Of a stretch of DNA of 31,680 nt, positions 1 to 6,768 are shown in pieces. Every line of letters begins with the position of its first letter. The first letter of the stretch is position 1. The stretch is from an uncultured virus (IMG/VR IMGVR_UViG_3300031772_000008) (taxonomy: Duplodnaviria > Heunggongvirae > Uroviricota > Caudoviricetes). Made by a program: the position numbers and the translations under genes. The notes under the pieces were generated by a model. The model was given only the letters and a program-made list of their open reading frames with translations. It made no database searches and was not told the origin of the DNA. The stretch lies in IMG/VR virus record IMGVR_UViG_3300031772_000008, one strand, 5' to 3'.

Positions 1-1
1 C

Positions 2-91
2 TACTACGATGACATCGTGTCCTGCTTCTATGAATACGTCAGTAACATGCGACCCGATGAAGCCAGCGCCACCAGTGACCATTATCTTCAT
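2..91 (-). CDS. NAD-dependent nucleotide-sugar epimerase/dehydratase (GalE-like), N-terminal part only; continues beyond the window
   Basis: Not in the ORF track. Reverse strand from ATG at 91 reads [30 protein letters not shown], the extended-SDR Rossmann motif [15 protein letters not shown] upstream. Confidence 0.9.
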   Translation of the reverse strand, partial: MKIMVTGGAGFIGSHVTDVFIEAGHDVIVV

Positions 92-108
92 AAATCATTC
101 TCCGATAC

Positions 109-133
109 AAAAAATACCAGAGCAACCTGGTAT
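109..133 (-). terminator. Intrinsic terminator-like hairpin directly upstream of the epimerase SD
   Basis: Minus strand ATACCAG-GTTGCT-CTGGTAT followed by a T run. Confidence 0.7.
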
Positions 134-158
134 GGTATAAATAAGTGTATTCATCTAT

Positions 159-167
159 ATTATATCA
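159..167 (-). promoter_or_regulatory. Extended -10 promoter element (TGaTATAAT)
   Basis: Minus strand TGA-TATAAT; the TGA is also the stop codon of the upstream gene. Confidence 0.55.
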
Positions 168-491
168 TTCCCTTCTGAGTTGTTGTATGAACATCGCCAT
201 CGCACTTAACGCGAATGGAAGGCTGACAAAAAATGTCACTTTTTGGTTGCAAATCAAGAGGATAGTGAATAATATCCCGAACCATGTAGAAGAACATACT
301 AAACACAGTATCCCAGACGCGATAGAACCACGTTTATATACTGGGTCTGAGAACTGGTCGTACTTAACCCCCGCTTTCATTCGTATCCAGTCTAACATAC
401 CGAACGGCCCACTCTGTTCTGTATCCGCGAGCATATTCGATATTCTCCAAACAGCTAACGGCATTGTTAATATAGACAGGATGGTGTACAT
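165..491 (-). CDS. Small membrane protein, DUF1360-like
   Basis: LAVWRISNML..GPF..R and CLVCSSTW pattern with hydrophobic helices; TAATG overlap with the upstream gene. Confidence 0.6.
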   Translation of the reverse strand: MYTILSILTMPLAVWRISNMLADTEQSGPFGMLDWIRMKAGVKYDQFSDPVYKRGSIASGILCLVCSSTWFGILFTILLICNQKVTFFVSLPFALSAMAMFIQQLRRE

Positions 492-3400
492 TACATTCCA
501 GACGACTTCAATGCACTATCGTAAATAACCGCAGCCCTTTTTGCTCCTATGCCTTCAATAGATTGTAATCCTTCTACCCCTAATTCAACAATATCGTTCC
601 ATGTTTTGACGCCTTTTTTCAATAATATATCTGAAATATTATCTGTTATTCCTGGCAGACTTTGAAAGTCAGGCAGTTTCAATATATCTATCGATGGTGG
701 CGCAAGTCCTTCCGGTGCATTTGCGGGATTTGTTTTTACAAAATCCAATTCTTTCGGAGCATTAACTTCTACCGGAGGAGGAGTAGAGACTGGTTCGCTA
801 ACTGTCATGTTAGGTACTGGTTGAGTGAACGGAATGAACCATCCAGGATGAGTTGCGATATCAGACCTATGAACATAGAATCTCTCCATTCCTCCACCTG
901 CTCTATATCCGTAGTTTATCTTTGTAGACGCCCCAAATACATTGTGCATTCCACGATTTGGATTCTCGTAAGTGATTAATATCATATCATCGTCTACCAT
1001 TGATTTGGTTTCTTGCATGGTTCGTAAAGGTACAGTAATTTGTTTCTTATTTCCACCACAACTTCTGCATGGCATAGTTTCTACTCCTTCCAATTTCTTG
1101 GTAATATAATTCAATAGTTTTTGTGGCATTTGTATGCCTGTTTCTCTTCGACCTCCGGTATAAAACCTATACGCTACCATTGGTTTTGATAAACGTGCGA
1201 AACACTTTCCGTTACGTGCCATCCTGATCCAGTATTCCCAATCTTCCCACGATGGCATGTTCTCATCAAATCCACCTATCTCATCATGCCACGCTTTAGG
1301 GATTAATGTGGTAATAAGATTCCATATATATAAAGGATTAGCAGGTTGAATACAGGCTCTCTCGCAGTCGTAATCACCCGCATAAGATAAATGCATCGCG
1401 AGACCATCTTCTGGATTATAATCCAAAAGTCTATTACTATTCTTGAGTCTTTCAGCCTCTTCTTGAGTTATAAATGCCTTACTGACGTAATCTGTATAAA
1501 CTCCCATGCCTGTTTCGTTCCATCCAGCAACCATACTCTCAAGCGCATCGGGAACTAAAAAGTTATCATCAGCGTCTAGGAATGTTATCAGTCCAGCACG
1601 CGCTTTCTCAACCCCTCTGTTTCTCGCATAACCTGAGCCTTTCTTTCCAGATGTTTTGATTAATTTCACATAAGGATAGGCTGTTAATATGTCTGGAACA
1701 CCATCGTACGTCCATCCGCCCTCTTCACCTGTATCATCTACCAATATAACTTCCCACTTCCTTAGTGTTTGACTTTCAATACTATCTAAGGCATTAATAG
1801 TATGAGGCTTATGCCCCGGCCCTACAGGAATTATGACACTCACTATGGGGTCATCGTATTGTCTTACTGGATGAGTAAGTCTATTGTTCATGGGTGTTGC
1901 AACACATAGAAATGGGTGAAGCTGGTCTTTCGTGGAAGGATGTAACTCTCTCCAGTTTATTTCTCTATATGCTCTGTCTCCACTCACCCTACCGCTCTTG
2001 TATGAATAAATAAACAACGGCGCTTCTGTGACCCTTTTACCCTTAAAACCGTATAGTCCTGCTCTTAACCAGAACTCAGCATCTTCCGATCCGGCTCCTT
2101 TTGGAGCGTATCTACTGCGATATCCTCCCAATCTTTTCCACATTTCTTTCCTGAACATACTGCATGTCGGGATTTGATTAATCCCTCCGGGATAAACCAT
2201 GTTATCAAAATTGTACTCAGGAGGCCATTGGCTTACGGTTTGTTTCCCATCTGGTTCGACTGCCAAGAGTCCTGTATAAGCGATCCCTAGTAGAGGGTCT
2301 GCATCTAACGCTTCTTTACATGCTCTTACCCATTCAGTATCTATTCTATCGTCTGCGTCTAAACATACGATATAATCACCAGTCGCCATAGATATTCCTG
2401 TGTTTCTTGCTACGGCTACACCTGCATTATTCTGATAGTGGTATTTAACATCATACGCTGAGACTACTTGCTTAGTGTCATCTGTGCTTCCATCATCTAC
2501 TACGATAATTTCTTTTACTGGAACAGTTTGGGCTAAGACACTTTCGATTGCTCTACCCACTAAATCAGAGTAGTTGTAACACGGGATAATAACACTTACA
2601 TTATTATTTTTGGGTTGCATCGCCAATTTATAGACTTCGGATAGTTTCTCACATGCTTTATCCCATGTGAATTTTTTAGCCAATTCATTAGCGTTCTTTC
2701 CTAATGTATCTCTGTACTTCAGACAGTATCTTAATCCTTCTGCTAAGTTTTCTATATTCCCTGGTTGCGCTAAATACCCACTCACGCCGTGTTGTATGAA
2801 ATCGTTATTTCCTCCATAAGCATATCCCAATACAGGAGTTCCCGCTGCTAGAGATTCAAGAGTTAGTATTCCAGCAGTTTCTTTCACGGCAGATATTGTT
2901 ACTTCTGCTCTTTGTATTACTTCCTTCATCTTATCGTGGGATAGTAATCCAGTTATTCTTACATTGGACGGTGCATCCGATAATGCGAATGTGCATAAGA
3001 ATAACTTATCAGGGAAAAGTCTCGCTAATTCATTAACATACGCAGGATTGCATACATCTCTTATTCTGTTTTTTGCATACGCTAAGATATATCCATCATT
3101 CGGTAGAGTATGTTGCCATTCATCCCAATCCACTCCATGAGGAACGACGGTTGGATCAACTCTTACATCTCTTTGTATACTCTCAGCTACCCAATTACTT
3201 GGTACTGTTATTTGATCTGCGTGTCTTATTGAGTCAATTACTGCTAAATTTGCTTTCCATTCCTGAGCTAACATGGGTAAGTCCGCGGTCCAATAAACGC
3301 CATGAAGGTGAACAGCACAAGGTATACCACGTGGATATTTACTCCCCATTCCTGCATGAACAGCTAATACATCAAAATTGTCATCGCTTCTTGGAACAAA

Positions 3401-3511
3401 TTCAATTCCATATTTATTCCCATGCTCGAACCATTTCCTAACAACGGTGTGTATCCCGCTTTCTCCGTTCTTTAGATCGTCTACGTGAGGAACACTTCTG
3501 ACTTTAATCAC
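491..3511 (-). CDS. Multidomain glycosyltransferase: GT4 (GT-B) + GT2 + GT2 + C-terminal CxxC and helix-hairpin-helix region
   Basis: GT4 motif ETAGILTLESLAAGTPV; two GT2 starts VSVIIPCYN..VVDDGSTD..CLDADD and VSVIIPV..LVDD..FLDADD, each with an ED motif (SEDAEFW, WEDWEYW); C-terminal LPGIT and IEGIGAKRA HhH motifs. Confidence 0.9.
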   Translation of the reverse strand: MIKVRSVPHVDDLKNGESGIHTVVRKWFEHGNKYGIEFVPRSDDNFDVLAVHAGMGSKYPRGIPCAVHLHGVYWTADLPMLAQEWKANLAVIDSIRHADQITVPSNWVAESIQRDVRVDPTVVPHGVDWDEWQHTLPNDGYILAYAKNRIRDVCNPAYVNELARLFPDKLFLCTFALSDAPSNVRITGLLSHDKMKEVIQRAEVTISAVKETAGILTLESLAAGTPVLGYAYGGNNDFIQHGVSGYLAQPGNIENLAEGLRYCLKYRDTLGKNANELAKKFTWDKACEKLSEVYKLAMQPKNNNVSVIIPCYNYSDLVGRAIESVLAQTVPVKEIIVVDDGSTDDTKQVVSAYDVKYHYQNNAGVAVARNTGISMATGDYIVCLDADDRIDTEWVRACKEALDADPLLGIAYTGLLAVEPDGKQTVSQWPPEYNFDNMVYPGGINQIPTCSMFRKEMWKRLGGYRSRYAPKGAGSEDAEFWLRAGLYGFKGKRVTEAPLFIYSYKSGRVSGDRAYREINWRELHPSTKDQLHPFLCVATPMNNRLTHPVRQYDDPIVSVIIPVGPGHKPHTINALDSIESQTLRKWEVILVDDTGEEGGWTYDGVPDILTAYPYVKLIKTSGKKGSGYARNRGVEKARAGLITFLDADDNFLVPDALESMVAGWNETGMGVYTDYVSKAFITQEEAERLKNSNRLLDYNPEDGLAMHLSYAGDYDCERACIQPANPLYIWNLITTLIPKAWHDEIGGFDENMPSWEDWEYWIRMARNGKCFARLSKPMVAYRFYTGGRRETGIQMPQKLLNYITKKLEGVETMPCRSCGGNKKQITVPLRTMQETKSMVDDDMILITYENPNRGMHNVFGASTKINYGYRAGGGMERFYVHRSDIATHPGWFIPFTQPVPNMTVSEPVSTPPPVEVNAPKELDFVKTNPANAPEGLAPPSIDILKLPDFQSLPGITDNISDILLKKGVKTWNDIVELGVEGLQSIEGIGAKRAAVIYDSALKSSGM

Positions 3512-3860
3512 TTGTCACCCCGTAAATATAATCTTCTTTATCGAATTTCTCACTCGCCAATACTAATAGAGTAGTATTTTCTGTTAGGAATACAATGTTC
3601 ACTATATTCATTGGAGGAACGTGTAATCCTATATCTGGGCAATCCAATATATAATCTTTCCCATCGCCCATTTTAATTAATACCGCCCCACAGACACATA
3701 CAAAGAACTGGTGAGTCTTTTTATGCGCGTGTCCTCCCCTCATTTCCTCAAGAGGAACATTGTAAATAAAGAACACTCTTTTTACTTTGAACGGCAAATC
3801 TTCCAAGACAGTAAGGCTTCCGCGCCGTTCGCTTCTATGAGTTTCTAAAGATACAATCAT
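3504..3860 (-). CDS. fdtA: dTDP-4-keto-6-deoxyhexose 3,4-ketoisomerase (FdtA/QdtA/WxcM cupin family)
   Basis: RGSL, PFKVKRVFFIYNVP, RGGHAHK and LLVLAS..DYI signature motifs. Confidence 0.85.
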   Translation of the reverse strand: MIVSLETHRSERRGSLTVLEDLPFKVKRVFFIYNVPLEEMRGGHAHKKTHQFFVCVCGAVLIKMGDGKDYILDCPDIGLHVPPMNIVNIVFLTENTTLLVLASEKFDKEDYIYGVTSD

Positions 3861-4402
3861 TCTCGTTTCCTGTATGCTCTAAATTTATCCGCAGAATATT
3901 CTGGTAAATAATCATCACCTTGAAGCATATGGTCTACTACGAATTTAACATCAGGCCATTTCTCTTCTCCGTAATCGTGGAAACTTATAAATCCACCTGG
4001 TTTCACATGCCTGTACCAAGTCCTTAAGTCTCCTGTTAATCCTGCTTCTGAATGATCTCCATCTACGTGAAGCCAATCCACAGGAATAGGCCATCTTAGT
4101 CCTGCTATTTTACTATCTCCCCATATTCTTACTACAGTTCCAGTTTGGTCATCACCTGTTTCTTGAAGTCTCAAATGCTCGTTAGTGTAGATTGGTTGTT
4201 CTCCAGCCGCTATGTCAATCGAGAATATAACAACGTCTTGAGTGACTTCTAAAATAGCCAATGTATCCGTCCCTGCTCCCGCGCCTATCTTTACAATAAC
4301 TGCATCTGAAGGAAGTAGCGCGGTTAGATTTTGCATAGCATCTATCTCGGCGTGCGTGGCGTAGCCCTGCCAATCTGATAATTCATATGCGGTTCGAGTC
4401 AT
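3857..4402 (-). CDS. Class I SAM-dependent methyltransferase (Methyltransf_24-like)
   Basis: KIGAGAG, LHVDGDH, VKPGGFISFHDY motifs. Confidence 0.85.
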   Translation of the reverse strand: MTRTAYELSDWQGYATHAEIDAMQNLTALLPSDAVIVKIGAGAGTDTLAILEVTQDVVIFSIDIAAGEQPIYTNEHLRLQETGDDQTGTVVRIWGDSKIAGLRWPIPVDWLHVDGDHSEAGLTGDLRTWYRHVKPGGFISFHDYGEEKWPDVKFVVDHMLQGDDYLPEYSADKFRAYRKRE

Positions 4403-4863
4403 ATTGCCTCCACGTATGCAAATTCACCGAATAATTCTTTTGCCTTTCGATTATAAGCCTCAGATGCATCGTTGATATCTTTATATCGTCCAATGTGAAT
4501 ATATTTATAATTATATTCTATGACAGCCCGCCATTTTTTATTAACTTTATCCCATGATACGCCCTTCTTACCGGATATATTGTTTGGAAAAATACTTCTA
4601 TTAGCTTCGTTTTGCGAATGCGTACAAATTCGCAAATTGTCGCGTCGATTATCGAGTCTACTCCTGTTCTTGTGGTCAACTTCCATACCGTCTGGAGCGA
4701 AAAGAATATATTGATGCATTCTAATGTGCTTTGATTTTTCATTTATTCTAATCTTCCTTTCGGCATACCCATCACTATATAGCCATTTCCATTGTGATAA
4801 ATATTCATAGTCACAATCATCCACGATGGCAACTTTACCCTTCGTTAGTTGTATTGTTCTCAT
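4399..4863 (-). CDS. HNH-AP2 endonuclease (free-standing homing endonuclease type)
   Basis: IQLTKGKVAIVD, VDHKNRSRLDNRRDNLR HNH motif, and AP2 domain SGKKGVSW..KWRA..HIGRY..AYNRKAKELFGEFA; start at 4863 preferred for its ATGA overlap. Confidence 0.9.
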   Translation of the reverse strand: MRTIQLTKGKVAIVDDCDYEYLSQWKWLYSDGYAERKIRINEKSKHIRMHQYILFAPDGMEVDHKNRSRLDNRRDNLRICTHSQNEANRSIFPNNISGKKGVSWDKVNKKWRAVIEYNYKYIHIGRYKDINDASEAYNRKAKELFGEFAYVEAI

Positions 4864-5540
4864 TTTATCCACCTTTCCACCACAGAACGGTGTGGTTCTG
4901 GTATATGTTCTAGTTCATAATTCATAACATCTCCCTTTAGCATTAAATTGCTATAGCGAACAGGCCATTGTCTTGAGCCTAGAACTCTATACGACTGCTT
5001 AGTCATATCTATATACATCTCGGTCATCCACGGGTCATGGTCTGGTTTTAGTAAACTTAGAAAGTTCCGTCTATTCCATATTGCAGCTTGTAAAGACATT
5101 TCATAGGGTGCGTCTTTATCACAAGCTATAATATCATAATGTCCGTAAGATTCTATGTCGCGCATACCCTGTCCGTGTAGTCTATCCGCCGTAAGATCAA
5201 ATCTAACTACATCTTCATGTTCCCGCATATAACTTGCTAGTGTAGAAACCCCTGCACAGTCTGCTGTCCTGCATAATAGATAATCCTCAAGCATCAACAC
5301 GAATACATCATCGTGGAAGTCTTGAAGTAATTTTATCAGTCCATTCGACCATTTCTCTTTCGGATAAGGGTTCTTGTCTATCTGGTGAAATGTAAAGTTA
5401 CTCGGAAGAGGAAACTGGGGAGGCGTAAATCCTCCTATAACAACCTCTTGAAGTTCAGACCAGTATTGATTGAAAAGGTAACAGAAAGGTTTTAAGCACC
5501 ATTGATAGACATCACTTGTATACACAAAGACTCGTATCAT
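4860..5540 (-). CDS. Putative GT-A fold glycosyltransferase
   Basis: WSNGLIKLL..VFVLMLEDYLL and SLQAAIW..PW..E pattern of a GT2-like family; located in a sugar-enzyme cluster. Confidence 0.6.
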   Translation of the reverse strand: MIRVFVYTSDVYQWCLKPFCYLFNQYWSELQEVVIGGFTPPQFPLPSNFTFHQIDKNPYPKEKWSNGLIKLLQDFHDDVFVLMLEDYLLCRTADCAGVSTLASYMREHEDVVRFDLTADRLHGQGMRDIESYGHYDIIACDKDAPYEMSLQAAIWNRRNFLSLLKPDHDPWMTEMYIDMTKQSYRVLGSRQWPVRYSNLMLKGDVMNYELEHIPEPHRSVVERWIK

Positions 5541-5836
5541 TGGACTGTTTCCTCTGGTATTTTCATAACCCTAGAAAGCGTCTTGAACTTGTACCATCCG
5601 AGCCTACCCATATCAGTCTCGTTCAACGCGGTTAGATCATCGAAGTCATTGACTACTATCACAAGGCATTTATCAAGTCCTATCTTTCCTAATGCCTCAG
5701 TAATCGCATCTATCGCGTATTTGTTTGCATTCTCGGTTTGATATTTAATCGCTAAAATGTCACCATTATTGATATGTATCTTTCTCAATATACGTGACAT
5801 TTGCCTAACGGATACGCTAGAATTCGTCTGTGTCAT
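5537..5836 (-). CDS. Hypothetical protein
   Basis: 99-aa ORF overlapping both neighbours in the operon. Confidence 0.7.
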   Translation of the reverse strand: MTQTNSSVSVRQMSRILRKIHINNGDILAIKYQTENANKYAIDAITEALGKIGLDKCLVIVVNDFDDLTALNETDMGRLGWYKFKTLSRVMKIPEETVQ

Positions 5837-6008
5837 ATATTTGGTTTAATACGGACGCGATTGCAACGAACAAATCTTTAAGGTCATCAACGTTCTCCAT
5901 GAATATAGGCTGTATAACATAGAATGGACTGTCATCTTTTTTTGCTTCGATAATAGGTTTCTTCTCTGCAACGTATACTCTGTATTTACCTCTCTCAGAC
6001 TTCTCCAT
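5817..6008 (-). CDS. Hypothetical protein
   Basis: 63-aa ORF with GAGGAG SD, overlapping both neighbours. Confidence 0.65.
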   Translation of the reverse strand: MEKSERGKYRVYVAEKKPIIEAKKDDSPFYVIQPIFMENVDDLKDLFVAIASVLNQIYDTDEF

Positions 6009-6198
6009 CGCTCTCCTCTATTTGCTTCGCAACTCCCTCTGCATATTTTCGGTCTACAGTATATCCAATCTGTAATAGATAAATAACTTGACCATTGAAC
6101 GTTCTTCCATTGAGGTCAGCTAGTATATGTATTTTATCATACAGGTCTCCTGGAAACCTTATCGTGTGTGACCGTGACGGTATAGACATTTTTACCAT
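5995..6198 (-). CDS. Arc-like ribbon-helix-helix DNA-binding protein
   Basis: HTIRFPGDLYDKIHILADLNGRTFNGQVIYLL fits the Arc pattern (strand-RxP-helix-GRSxN-helix); GGAGG SD. Confidence 0.8.
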   Translation of the reverse strand: MVKMSIPSRSHTIRFPGDLYDKIHILADLNGRTFNGQVIYLLQIGYTVDRKYAEGVAKQIEESDGEV

Positions 6199-6218
6199 AA
6201 TAATCCTCCAAAGTAGTA

Positions 6219-6247
6219 TTGCACAATTATATCACAACTGGTATAAT
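6219..6247 (+). promoter_or_regulatory. Sigma70-type promoter TTGCAC-N17-TATAAT
   Basis: TTGCAC 6219-6224 and TATAAT 6242-6247, followed by GGAGG SD and ATG at 6266. Confidence 0.8.
6226..6234 (-). promoter_or_regulatory. Extended -10 promoter (TGaTATAAT) for the Arc/glycosyltransferase operon
   Basis: Minus strand TGTGA-TATAAT about 28 nt upstream of the Arc start; overlaps the divergent plus-strand promoter. Confidence 0.65.
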
Positions 6248-6265
6248 TGCGGTATGGAGGACAAT

Positions 6266-6391
6266 ATGTTATCATGTCAATTGGAGGGTCTTGCATTGGA
6301 CGGAGTGTTATGGTCTATAATTGCGTGTACGTTCGTGTTTACAGCATGTATTATTGTAATGATCTATTTCAGAACGAATAAGAAGAAATGA
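6266..6391 (+). CDS. Small single-pass membrane protein (41 aa)
   Basis: GGAGG-5nt-ATG at 6266; hydrophobic helix then RTNKKK; 3' part of track ORF 6095..6391. Confidence 0.7.
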   Translation: MLSCQLEGLALDGVLWSIIACTFVFTACIIVMIYFRTNKKK

Positions 6392-6612
6392 GGAAACATC
6401 CAGGGATTTGGTTCACCCTATGGTCTTTTGAAACCTTGTTCTTTTTATGTCTGTTGTTTGCTGTTTTAGATTTAAGTGAGTTCGAACGAAACTTATCTCA
6501 GTTATTTGTAAGAGTATGGTTGTATATATGTGTATGGTTCATCACTGTATTTCATGTCCGTTGGATGATGAAGATAGACGAGAAACAGTATAAAAAGAAT
6601 AAAGACAAGTAG
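6388..6612 (+). CDS. Small two-helix membrane protein (74 aa)
   Basis: ATGA overlap with the upstream gene; two hydrophobic segments and a charged tail. Confidence 0.7.
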   Translation: MRKHPGIWFTLWSFETLFFLCLLFAVLDLSEFERNLSQLFVRVWLYICVWFITVFHVRWMMKIDEKQYKKNKDK

Positions 6613-6617
6613 GAGCG

Positions 6618-6722
6618 TTATAGGCGTAATGAGCAGTCGCACGACGGAAAAGGCAAACGAACCGAGGCGTGCAGAAAGGTTCTGCTTAACAGAAAGAAGA
6701 GGTGCAATTCCTCACCCTATAA
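6618..6722 (+). ncRNA. Candidate structured RNA with tRNA-like closing stem and T-arm
   Basis: TTATAGG/CCTATAA closing stem; GAGG-TGCAATT-CCTC T-arm-like hairpin next to the 3' strand; inner TGAGCAG/CTGCTTA and GCACG/CGTGC helices. Confidence 0.45.
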
Positions 6723-6752
6723 AAATAGCCTTGGTTTCCCAAGGCTATTTTG
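6723..6752. terminator. Bidirectional intrinsic terminator
   Basis: AAAATAGCCTTGG-TTTC-CCAAGGCTATTTT perfect inverted repeat between convergent units, with T runs on both strands. Confidence 0.9.
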
Positions 6753-6768
6753 TTTTGTACGGATAGGA

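Noticed and set aside
6645..6690. GGCAAAC suggesting a c-di-GMP-I riboswitch
   Set aside because: The downstream GACGCAAA element is missing and no gene follows on that strand.
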